Part shown: positions 1-8,160 of the stretch, in pieces | How positions within the stretch are numbered: position 1 is the first letter of the stretch | Layout: the number at the start of each line of letters is the position of its first letter | Origin: Thermoplasmatota archaeon | GTDB taxonomy: Archaea; Thermoplasmatota; E2; JACPAO01; JAHFTW01 | Assembly: GCA_041623015.1 (NCBI GenBank) | Contig: JBFJXT010000001.1 | Coordinates: 1 to 28,209, forward strand | Length of the DNA: 28,209 nt | Reading direction: 5' to 3' | Notes under the pieces: generated by a model | Database searches by the model: none | What the model was told of the DNA's origin: nothing | What the model saw: the letters and a program-made list of their open reading frames with translations, nothing else | Made by a program: the position numbers and the translations under genes

Positions 1-524
1 AAGGGACCATTGACGGATGCCGAGCCGTAAACGCAGAACGGTTCGCCTGTGTTGGGTCTGCCCGATTGACTGTTGGTGGTTTTGGCGTCTGCTTCGTAGA
101 CCGCCAAATCGTCCCCGGGCCCATTGGTAATTGGATCCGCAAATTTAGCCCGGAACCAGCCGGCTTCTCCAAGGCTGACCACGCGGTCAGAATCATATTC
201 GGTTGCCCCCAATCCCAGAAGCGAACCTTTGTACGGCGATCCCTCAACGTCCTGGGGATTGGTAAATTCGTTTCCGGCTCCGGTGAAATCGAAGTCCTGG
301 TACCGAGTGGTCATGAATCCCTCCTCCAGGTACTGGTTGCTATCCAGGGCTTCTACGCCGAGGATGTCGGCGCGAGGGCTGCGTGCTGCTGAAAGTTCCA
401 CGGGCGTCGGTTCGCAGGAATACCCGGCGAAGGAGAACTCCGAAGGGAACGTGTACTCATCGGTCCAACTGGCCGTCACCGTTGGCACCAAAAGCAAGGC
501 TAGGAAAGCCAGCATCGGCGCCAT
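1..524 (-). CDS. Secreted/cell-surface protein, 3'-truncated by the window edge (not in ORF track)
   Basis: Manual minus-strand translation from ATG 524 (GTG 548/551 are in frame) is open to base 1: MAPMLAFLALLLVPTVTA-SWTDEYTFPSEFSFAGYSCEPT...DRVVSLGEAGWFRAKFADPITNGPGDDLAVYEAD...EPFCVYGSASVNGP. It has a hydrophobic signal peptide ending VTA. The SLGxxG..F...I.NGPG.D..V.E motif recalls prokaryotic cell-surface beta-sandwich proteins (from memory, needs an HMM check). Confidence 0.8.
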   Translation of the reverse strand, partial: MAPMLAFLALLLVPTVTASWTDEYTFPSEFSFAGYSCEPTPVELSAARSPRADILGVEALDSNQYLEEGFMTTRYQDFDFTGAGNEFTNPQDVEGSPYKGSLLGLGATEYDSDRVVSLGEAGWFRAKFADPITNGPGDDLAVYEADAKTTNSQSGRPNTGEPFCVYGSASVNGP

Positions 525-645
525 GAGGTAAGGGGTCCAGCGGGACACCACAAGGGAACCCTGTCTAGGGACTACAAAAGGAGTTTGGACGCTGTGTGTG
601 GTTTTACCGGCCCATACGAACCCGCTATGAACCCCATCCAGCCTC

Positions 646-1641
646 GTGGGCGCCGTGCGACTAGGTGTCCACTGTGTCGCCAGACATGCTCACGAGCGGG
701 TCCACGTGGGCCCCCTCGCGGCGCGCCTCCACGATGTCCAACAGGAGAAAGTGGAGCACGCCAAAGTGGTGGTTTGGCCCGACACGAGACCCCCTGAACG
801 AGGTGCATGGAACGTGCAAATGTTCCACGGCCTCGGCGACAAGGGATACACAGGCAACCCGCTCTTCTTGCAACGGGGCCGCTTCCCTCGTGTGCGCACT
901 GCCCTCAATCACTTCAGTGCCCGCCTTCACCTCCCCGCCCCGTGGCTCAATCCCCCCCGTTGGCCCGGCACCCGGCGAAGCCGATACCAGCACGTCAACG
1001 CCTACGGGCCCCGCCTCGCAGATCACCTTGAATCGATCCTGAAGGACGTGCACATTAGCCACCACGGCCACGTGGCCCTCAACGAGCGAGGCCCGCCCCG
1101 CATCGACCCCGAAGGTCCGCTGCTGTGGCTGCCCACCTGGGACAATCGACTCTATCTTGGCGGCGCCAACCAAAGCAGCCTCACCTCCTTTGCCCACGAA
1201 GTGTCTCTGGTGAGCCGCCATGTGCCAGTGCGCGTCAAATTCCACCCCCACACCTTGTCCCACAACCAAGACGTGGCTGCCCGCAGCGAACTCCAAAAGG
1301 AAGAAGGCGTCCAGAGTGTGCCCCCCGCAGCTGATCCGTACGCATTGCTCGACGGCATCCGAGGTGTTCTGACCGACACAAGTAGCATCGGGTTCGAAGC
1401 GTACTGCATGGGCGTCCCCGTTGCCGTGGCGCACCCCGTGGGCGTGCAATACAAGGGCCTCCATACGGAATTGTCCGAACGCGTCACGGTCCTCAGCGCC
1501 GGAAAACCGGACCTTCTCGCCTGGGCTGAATCCCCGGAGGGCGCCACAGACATCGCATGGGCCCGTGAGCTGCTCTACAAGCCCGACCGCGCCAAGAACG
1601 ACGCCTTTGCCGCCGAACTTCGAAGCTTTGCCGGCGCCTAA
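646..1641 (+). CDS. CDP-glycerol glycerophosphotransferase-like protein (TagB/TagF family, GT-B-like fold)
   Basis: Motifs VQMFHGLGDK, WLPTWD, VRVKFHPH and VLTDTSSIGFEAYCMGVPV match the family pattern QxxHGxxxK / YAPTW / vklHP / itDySSv.fe...kPv. Confidence 0.7.
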   Translation: MGAVRLGVHCVARHAHERVHVGPLAARLHDVQQEKVEHAKVVVWPDTRPPERGAWNVQMFHGLGDKGYTGNPLFLQRGRFPRVRTALNHFSARLHLPAPWLNPPRWPGTRRSRYQHVNAYGPRLADHLESILKDVHISHHGHVALNERGPPRIDPEGPLLWLPTWDNRLYLGGANQSSLTSFAHEVSLVSRHVPVRVKFHPHTLSHNQDVAARSELQKEEGVQSVPPAADPYALLDGIRGVLTDTSSIGFEAYCMGVPVAVAHPVGVQYKGLHTELSERVTVLSAGKPDLLAWAESPEGATDIAWARELLYKPDRAKNDAFAAELRSFAGA

Positions 1642-1702
1642 CCACCCGCAGCGCACCGCATCCGACCGGAACCCCTAGGAGCACCCTCGAACCTAAACGG
1701 CT

Positions 1703-2386
1703 GTGGAGGACCCCGTCCGCCTTGGGCTCAGCCTCGCCATGCTTCTTGGCGCCAGCATCAGTGACTTGCGCACCCGCCGCGTGCCCAACCCCTATTGGTG
1801 GCCTTGGCTGTTGGCCGCAGTGACCCTCATCATTGGGGATCTCGTAGCAAACCCCGCCGAGGCTTGGATCGGCTTGCTGTGGTCCCTTGGAACCGCAGGC
1901 CTCCTGTATGGGCTGTGGTATTTCCACATGTTTGGCGGCGCCGACGCAAAAGGGCTCATGGTGTTGGCGGCATTTTGGCCCACCACCCCGCAGATTCTAG
2001 ACGGCGCCACGACCCACACCCTCGATGCGCTGGTCAACGCCAGTGCCATGGTCGCCATTTTGCCCCTGATTTTCCTGATTTGGAATCTTGCCCGGGGCCA
2101 CATTGGAGGGCCGATGCTGCTGGGGGTTCGCATGCGCCTCGAGCACGCCAAGTCCCGCCATGTCTGGCCCATGGAGCGCGTGGTGGATGGCCAAGTGCGC
2201 GTCAAGCTCTGGCAAAAAATTGGTGTTCCCCAGGACCAAACGTACCGCGATTTGGAGCAAGCGGGGGTGGATCGCGTCTGGGCCACCCCCAAGATTCCGT
2301 TCATGCTCGGCATATTTGCCGGCTTGATTTTGGCAAGTCAGTACGGCAACCTCTTGCTCAAAATCATGACCCAATTGCTTGGTTAA
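1703..2386 (+). CDS. flaK: Class III signal (prepilin/preflagellin) peptidase, A24 family, FlaK/PibD-like, with archaeal C-terminal domain
   Basis: Multi-TM protein with both catalytic Asp motifs (SISDLRTRRVPN and FGGADAK) and a C-terminal VWATPKIPFM segment typical of archaeal A24 peptidases. It lies next to genes carrying class III signal peptides. Confidence 0.9.
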   Translation: MEDPVRLGLSLAMLLGASISDLRTRRVPNPYWWPWLLAAVTLIIGDLVANPAEAWIGLLWSLGTAGLLYGLWYFHMFGGADAKGLMVLAAFWPTTPQILDGATTHTLDALVNASAMVAILPLIFLIWNLARGHIGGPMLLGVRMRLEHAKSRHVWPMERVVDGQVRVKLWQKIGVPQDQTYRDLEQAGVDRVWATPKIPFMLGIFAGLILASQYGNLLLKIMTQLLG

Positions 2387-2490
2387 AATCGCCCAAGATG
2401 GACAAAAATATCCCTCCTGTCAGGAGAGCCAAGCCGCTAAATTGTGCAGGGGCAAAACGCCCTCAGGCCCGCCGGGCGTAGTCGCACAGG

Positions 2491-2496
2491 TTATCA
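2491..2496 (+). promoter_or_regulatory. Putative TATA box of the pilus operon
   Basis: TTATCA (GGTTATCAAAG) about 25 nt upstream of GTG 2521, the spacing expected for a leaderless archaeal transcript. Confidence 0.4.
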
Positions 2497-2520
2497 AAGA
2501 ACGCGCAGGTTGCCCAAATA

Positions 2521-3150
2521 GTGTCATCGCGGCTCAGTACAGGCCTATCCGGCCTCGACGCCCAATTGGGAGGCGGCATCCCACCTGGCACAGTGCACGT
2601 CCTTCTAGCCGAGCCCATGAACGCACAGGAGTTGTTTGCATACCACTTTGCCGTTGGCGACACCGGGCAATCCAGGTGCAGATTCGTCACCACGGATCAA
2701 GAAGTGGAGGACATCACCAACGGCATCATTCGTGTCGGCGGCGACCCCAGCCGCAGTGATGTGCACAAATTACCCAAAGACGACTCCTGGGACCTACCCC
2801 CACCTGCCAAGGGGGCTCGGTATGTCCTTGATAGTTTCAGCTCCTACAGCGACGCGGTGGGCTGGGACGCTTCCTTTGAAGCTCTCAAGAAACTACGCGT
2901 CACGTTGCGTGAAACCGGCGAAGTGGGCCTCATTTCCGTCATGAACGGCATCCATGAGCCCCAGCAAATTGCCCGGCTCAAAATGTGGGCCGACGGTGTC
3001 CTAGAATTGGGCTTTGATCGCCAAGGCTTCGGATTGTACCCCTTCCTCAAGGTGACCAAGATGCGCGGCGTTGCGGATTCTGCCCGCTTCCTGCTGTTCA
3101 AAGACACCGCCAAGGGACTGTTCATGGAAAGCACCCGGAGGGTGTTCTAA
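2521..3150 (+). CDS. KaiC/RAD55-like RecA-superfamily protein with degenerate Walker A
   Basis: STGLSGLDAQLGGGIPPG N-terminus, Walker B YVLDS, and C-terminal ADGVLEL...LKVTKMRG. The P-loop position reads AEPMNAQE, with no GKT/S. Confidence 0.85.
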   Translation: MSSRLSTGLSGLDAQLGGGIPPGTVHVLLAEPMNAQELFAYHFAVGDTGQSRCRFVTTDQEVEDITNGIIRVGGDPSRSDVHKLPKDDSWDLPPPAKGARYVLDSFSSYSDAVGWDASFEALKKLRVTLRETGEVGLISVMNGIHEPQQIARLKMWADGVLELGFDRQGFGLYPFLKVTKMRGVADSARFLLFKDTAKGLFMESTRRVF

Positions 3151-4320
3151 GTGAACGTGCCCCGAGTGATGGCAATTCCAGCTCGGTGCGTCCGCGCCAT
3201 TCGAGCGTGGCGCCGAGACGATGCAGTCACCCCCGTGGTAGGCACCAGCATGATTCTGGTCATCACGGTGCTGGGCATGGCCGGCGTCTTGTTTTGGGGC
3301 ACACCAACCCTGCAAGGCATCCAAGACCGAGGCAGCATCATCGGCATGGAAGGTGAATTCGATGAGTTGCGCCGCGCCAGCCTTGAATTGTCCGTTCCTG
3401 ACGCCAGCCGTGTTCCCTCGGTGGTACTCGAAGACGGCAGCTTGGATTTGGAACAGGGCAGCCGCATGATGATTTCCATGTCCCGGGATGCTAGCAACAT
3501 CGACTGTGATCCCGAGCTCACCGGGTGGGAAACGGGCCCCAGCAACACCATCACCGCCACCCTCACCGATTGTCGCAACGGCGGCGACTTGCTCGGTCTT
3601 TGCGGCCTCGGTTGCCTGGAGATTCACAAAATCACCGGCAGCAGCACAATTGAGCAGACCAACATGGATTGGAGCCAGCCGGTCCCTGGCGTCCCCAATT
3701 ACGTGGCCACCTGGGACACCACTGGCACCGAGCCAGACTTCAGCGAAGACGACTGGGTGGTTCGGCTCACCAATGGCGGCACCACCGTGTATGCCTCCGC
3801 CTGGGTCATTGAGCAAAAACGCATCACATGGCGACTCAGCACCAGTGTCACCGATGTGCAACTTCACTTCGAAGGTGGCGCCATCTTTGAAGTGGACGCA
3901 GGCTCCTACTTCCTGCACCGCCAAGCCCCCATCCGCGAAGATGCCTTTGGCAGCGAAGACTACGTGCTTCGCCTCGTGACACTGCTTGGATCCGACAGCG
4001 GCAGTGCCGGACGAGGCACACCTGAAGTGTTTCTTGGATTGGTAGGCAATCATGTGCGCATCAGCACGTCCGCTGCGTACCAAGTCCGTTACACCATCGC
4101 AGGCGACATTGCCGAAGCGTGGTGTCAAAGTCTCTTGCTTCGAAATGCCGGCCTCACCGCCACCGCCACCACGGAACGGACCTACACCGTCGATGGCGAC
4201 TGTAGCGACGCAACCCCGAGCGTCCTGTACGAAGTGACAGATCCTAGCTCCGGCAGCATCCGCAAATCATTCCCCCTCGAGTTCCTTCATGTGCGCATTA
4301 CCAGTAGCATCCAAGTCTAA
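3151..4320 (+). CDS. Pilin-like protein with class III signal peptide (large minor pilin)
   Basis: RRDDA|VTPVVGTSMILVITVLGMAGVLFWG is followed by an amphipathic helix and a T/S/D-rich beta-type domain. The GTG directly abuts the previous stop; ATG 3169 is an alternative start. Confidence 0.8.
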   Translation: MNVPRVMAIPARCVRAIRAWRRDDAVTPVVGTSMILVITVLGMAGVLFWGTPTLQGIQDRGSIIGMEGEFDELRRASLELSVPDASRVPSVVLEDGSLDLEQGSRMMISMSRDASNIDCDPELTGWETGPSNTITATLTDCRNGGDLLGLCGLGCLEIHKITGSSTIEQTNMDWSQPVPGVPNYVATWDTTGTEPDFSEDDWVVRLTNGGTTVYASAWVIEQKRITWRLSTSVTDVQLHFEGGAIFEVDAGSYFLHRQAPIREDAFGSEDYVLRLVTLLGSDSGSAGRGTPEVFLGLVGNHVRISTSAAYQVRYTIAGDIAEAWCQSLLLRNAGLTATATTERTYTVDGDCSDATPSVLYEVTDPSSGSIRKSFPLEFLHVRITSSIQV

Positions 4321-4870
4321 TCGGACGCCCACGCCGACCGCTTCGCCCCCTGCGCGGCTCTTCCATCGCGCCTCCGATGCGGCGGTCAGCGAAGTGATTG
4401 GTCAAATTCTGATGTTTGGCATCCTCAGCATGGTCTTGATTCTGAGTCTGCTTGGATTCAATGCCGCCAAGCAAGGCGCCGAGGACCGCGTCGCCGAACT
4501 GGAGGCAGATTCCGCCGCACAACGTGTGGCCGGCGTCTACATCAGTGCCAGTTTGTTTTCTGAGCAAAATTCAGCAAATTCCCTTGACTACCAACGCCTC
4601 GTTGATTTGCCCGACCGCATTCAACAACGAGACTATACCATCAGCATCCAAAGTGAAAGCCTCACCTTGAGCATTCCAACCGCACAAGTGACCGTCACCA
4701 CATCTCTGCTTTCCGCAGGTGCAGCACCTGAACTGGTGGTCTGCAACCAAGCCAATTTCGCCGGCGGCCCCCTCTTGGTGCGGGCCCGCGATTACGTACC
4801 CGGGGACGAACTGTCCTTGTGCACCAATCGAACCACCGAATCCATCATCCTCTACCTGGAGTCCGCATGA
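4289..4870 (+). CDS. Pilin-like protein with class III signal peptide
   Basis: SDAA|VSEVIGQILMFGILSMVLILSLLGF is followed by the helix AEDRVAELEADSAAQRVA. The start is uncertain; ATG 4289 overlaps the upstream gene by 32 nt. Confidence 0.8.
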   Translation: MCALPVASKSNRTPTPTASPPARLFHRASDAAVSEVIGQILMFGILSMVLILSLLGFNAAKQGAEDRVAELEADSAAQRVAGVYISASLFSEQNSANSLDYQRLVDLPDRIQQRDYTISIQSESLTLSIPTAQVTVTTSLLSAGAAPELVVCNQANFAGGPLLVRARDYVPGDELSLCTNRTTESIILYLESA

Positions 4871-7299
4871 GCCCCGATACGCCCGAGCAACGCAAGGCAA
4901 AGGAAGCCGAAAAAGCCCGCAAAAAGCAGGCTGACATCAAACCTGAGGACAAGAAGCGCATCGATGCGTTGCTGTCCAAGAAGGACGGCGTCCACAGCGC
5001 ACCTCCGCCAGCCAAGCCGGTCGATTTGGAGGCGCTTCGCGGTCGAGCCATGTCTTCTCGGGGCCCATCCGGAGCTGATGCCCACCGAGCCCCCACCACG
5101 GGCGCACCGCCTCCGGCAGGACAGACCCCAAAGACCCCCGTGCGATCCGCGGGGCCTCGGGCAGAAGGCGCACAGAAGGCGCCAAGTCCAGTTCCGCCAC
5201 GCCCGCCTGGAACCGCTCCAACGCCAGGCCGCAAGCCCGCAACGCCTCCAAGTGGCGCACCTAAGCCCCCAACGGGCCCTGCGGCTCGAATGGCCACGGG
5301 CGCACCAAGCCCGCCTCCAGCCGCTTCCAAACCCCGTGCCCCCGAGCCAGCCACCGGCAAGAAAGACGCCGCAGCCGCCCCCGCCAAAGACGAAGCCTCC
5401 AAGTCTCCGGCACCCCCCGATGAGGGCCCGCCCGAGGACGAATCCGAAGGAGAAACCGAACGCGGAGAATACGGCACACGCAAGGCCAAAGTGGGCGAAA
5501 AAATCGAACGGGGCCTCAAATCCGTCGATACCGATGACGCCGAAAGTGTCATTCAAAAGCAACTGAAGGGAACCGCTCGGCCCGACGCCGTCAAGCTCCC
5601 TCAATTCCCGGCGCCCGCCAGTGAGCGCCCAAAGGCGCTGGATTTGGAAGAAGTTCGCCGCCAGGAAATTGCTGAGAAGGAAGAGCAACGCCGTGCCGAG
5701 CTTCTAGAGGATCTCGACGAAGAGACGCGCCGGAAATTGGAGAAGGACTGGGCCGTCGAAGATGGCCTCGATTACCGACCCGACCCCGACGACATCGAAG
5801 TGGAAGTCTACCCAATCCAAGAGCCGTTCTCGTACGTGCAAATTGTTCGCAACACCCGCACCCACGAGATGATTTACCACGCCATCGAGCCCCGCCTCAG
5901 CCGAGACGAGCAATTCCTGCTCAAGTTCATCGAGGAAACCCTCGTGGATGTGCTGGACCTTCAGCCCGGAGAACTTGAGAAGAAGGAACTGGACGAATAC
6001 ATCCGGGGCAAGTTCGACGAAGTGCTGTTTGACTACAGCATTAGCCTCGGAGACGAGGAGTCTGAAGCAGAAGAAAGCCGTGAGCGCCTCCTGTATTACG
6101 TGCTACGTGACTTCATTGGCGAAGGCCCCCTGAACATCCTCATCAATGACGAAATGATTGAGGATATCTCCTGCGACGGCCCCCACGTGCCGATTTTCGT
6201 GTACCACCGCAAGTACGAGGCGTTGACCACGACCATCCGCTACAGTGGCCACGAAACCCTCGATTCCTTCGTGATTCGCCTTGCCCAGCGCGCCGGAAAG
6301 CACGTGAGCATTGCCGAGCCGATTCTGGATGCAACCATGCGCGACGGCAGCCGCCTTCAAGCCACCTTGGCAAAGGAAGTGAGCTCATTCGGGTCCACGT
6401 TTACCATTCGTAAGTTCCGCGAAGTGCCGTTTACGCCCATTGATTTGGTGCGGTTTGGCACCATGTCCTCCTCCATGCTCGCCTACCTCTGGATGGTCAT
6501 CGAGCACCACATGAGCGCCATGTACGCCGGCGGTACAGCCAGTGGTAAGACCACGGCCATCAACGCCATCATGATGTTCATTCCGCCGCAAAACAAGGTT
6601 GTCACCATCGAAGACACCCGCGAGTTGCGCGTGCCTCAGCCCAACTGGATTGCCGGTATCACCCGCGACGGTTTTGGTCCCCGTGACGCCCACGGCCGCC
6701 AAGCGGGTGAAATCGACATGTTCCAGTTGCTCAAGAACGCCTTGCGTCAACGCCCCGATTACATCATTGTGGGTGAAGTGCGTGGTGCGGAAGCGTACAA
6801 CTTGTTCCAGGCGATGGCCACCGGGCACGCCGCATACGGCACCATGCACGCAGACAGTGTGGACGCGGTCATTCACCGTTTGGAATCGGATCCCATCAAC
6901 ATTCCCCGCTCCCTGTTGGAGGCGCTGGATGTGGTGGCGGTGCAGATTCAGACCCGTGTGGCCGAAAAGCGCGTACGCCGCACCAAGCAAATCACCGAGA
7001 TTGTGGGTCTTGATCCCAATACCCGTGAAATTCTCACCAACGAAGTATTCCACTGGGACCCGGAGACGGACTCGTTCATCTACAGTGGCATCAGCTACGT
7101 CTTGGAGCGCATCGCCGTAGAAACCGGCAAGTCACCCAAGGAAGTGGCACAGGAACTGGAAAACCGTGTGCGCGTCATCAACCACATGATGGATGCAGAC
7201 CTGCGCGATTACCACAAGATTGCGTCCATCTTGACGAACTACTTCAAGGTCAAAGAAGACGTGATGAAAATCGTCGATGAAGGTGGCTCATGGGACTAA
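4867..7299 (+). CDS. pilB: Type II/IV secretion system ATPase (archaeal PilB/FlaI/VirB11-like) with long Pro/Ala/Lys-rich N-terminal extension
   Basis: Walker A GGTASGKTT, Asp box TIEDTREL, Walker B PDYIIVGEVRG and His box TMHADS. ATG 4867 forms an ATGA overlap with the upstream stop, so it is preferred to the track's start at 4819. Confidence 0.95.
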   Translation: MSPDTPEQRKAKEAEKARKKQADIKPEDKKRIDALLSKKDGVHSAPPPAKPVDLEALRGRAMSSRGPSGADAHRAPTTGAPPPAGQTPKTPVRSAGPRAEGAQKAPSPVPPRPPGTAPTPGRKPATPPSGAPKPPTGPAARMATGAPSPPPAASKPRAPEPATGKKDAAAAPAKDEASKSPAPPDEGPPEDESEGETERGEYGTRKAKVGEKIERGLKSVDTDDAESVIQKQLKGTARPDAVKLPQFPAPASERPKALDLEEVRRQEIAEKEEQRRAELLEDLDEETRRKLEKDWAVEDGLDYRPDPDDIEVEVYPIQEPFSYVQIVRNTRTHEMIYHAIEPRLSRDEQFLLKFIEETLVDVLDLQPGELEKKELDEYIRGKFDEVLFDYSISLGDEESEAEESRERLLYYVLRDFIGEGPLNILINDEMIEDISCDGPHVPIFVYHRKYEALTTTIRYSGHETLDSFVIRLAQRAGKHVSIAEPILDATMRDGSRLQATLAKEVSSFGSTFTIRKFREVPFTPIDLVRFGTMSSSMLAYLWMVIEHHMSAMYAGGTASGKTTAINAIMMFIPPQNKVVTIEDTRELRVPQPNWIAGITRDGFGPRDAHGRQAGEIDMFQLLKNALRQRPDYIIVGEVRGAEAYNLFQAMATGHAAYGTMHADSVDAVIHRLESDPINIPRSLLEALDVVAVQIQTRVAEKRVRRTKQITEIVGLDPNTREILTNEVFHWDPETDSFIYSGISYVLERIAVETGKSPKEVAQELENRVRVINHMMDADLRDYHKIASILTNYFKVKEDVMKIVDEGGSWD

Positions 7300-8159
7300 C
7301 CAGCACCCAACGGTTTGCCTACAAGGTGTTCGGAATCCGAGCGGCCAGCGCCAAGAGTTTGCCCAAACTCAAGGAGGCAATCCGCAAGGCCCAGATGCCG
7401 GTTCGCGCCGAAGCCTACCTCTCCCAGAGCATTCTGTATGGACTGGGCACCGCCGCCGTGATGTTCGTGCTAACACTGTTGTTCGTGCCGGTGTTGACAG
7501 CAGTGCTTGGCTTGAGCCCCGCGTTGTGGATGCTGGTGATTGTGGTGCCTCCCATGGCTGGCTTCATCGCTTACACCGCTTTGATGAGCACGCCCGCAAG
7601 CAACGCCAAGAAACGCGGCAAGAACATCAACACCAAGCTGCCCTACGCCACCAATTACATCGCTGCCATGGCGTCGGCGGGTGTGATTCCGGCTGAAATT
7701 TTCAAGAGCCTAGCCAACCAGGACATCTACGGCGAAGTGGCCCGTGAAGCTGCGATGATGTACAAGGACATGCACGTGCATGGCAAGGACATTGTGACGA
7801 GTTTGCGCCGCGCCATGGATCGCACGCCGAGCATCAAGTTCCAAGAATTGCTGCAAGGCGCCATCACCACCGTCACCAGTGGCGGTGACTTGACCGCCTA
7901 CTTCCACCAGAAGGCAACGCGGTACCAATGGGAGAATCGCGTGGAGCAAAAGAGCTTCATCGAAACCATGGGCCTCATGGCGGAAACTTACGTGACCGCT
8001 GCCGTTGCCGGACCTCTGTTCCTGTTGGTGATGGTGGCCATCATCGTCTTGATGGGCAGCGGCACAATGAGTCAACTCCAGTTGCTAGTCTACCTGTTGT
8101 TGCCAGTCATCAACATCGGATTCATGTTTGGCATCAAGAGCATGATTCCGGAGGTGTAA
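7290..8159 (+). CDS. pilC: Type II secretion system F-family (TadC/PilC/FlaJ-like) membrane platform protein
   Basis: Two N-terminal TMs, cytoplasmic LPYATNYIAAMASAG...YGEVAREA...RTPSIKFQELLQGAITTVTSGGDL, and C-terminal TMs. It overlaps the ATPase stop. Confidence 0.9.
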   Translation: MGLTSTQRFAYKVFGIRAASAKSLPKLKEAIRKAQMPVRAEAYLSQSILYGLGTAAVMFVLTLLFVPVLTAVLGLSPALWMLVIVVPPMAGFIAYTALMSTPASNAKKRGKNINTKLPYATNYIAAMASAGVIPAEIFKSLANQDIYGEVAREAAMMYKDMHVHGKDIVTSLRRAMDRTPSIKFQELLQGAITTVTSGGDLTAYFHQKATRYQWENRVEQKSFIETMGLMAETYVTAAVAGPLFLLVMVAIIVLMGSGTMSQLQLLVYLLLPVINIGFMFGIKSMIPEV

Positions 8160-8160
8160 C

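Noticed and set aside
66-531. Plus-strand ORFs 66-392 and 124-531 in the track
   Set aside because: The minus-strand frame from 524 has a signal peptide and a recognisable motif, so these ORFs are its shadows.
661-1656. 331-aa minus-strand ORF opposite the TagF-like gene
   Set aside because: It is the antisense shadow of a motif-bearing gene and has no recognisable features.
3001-5688. Minus-strand ORFs 3001-4128, 4845-5552 and 4852-5688
   Set aside because: They are shadows of the pilin-like gene and the GC-rich low-complexity ATPase N-terminus, where stops are scarce on the opposite strand.
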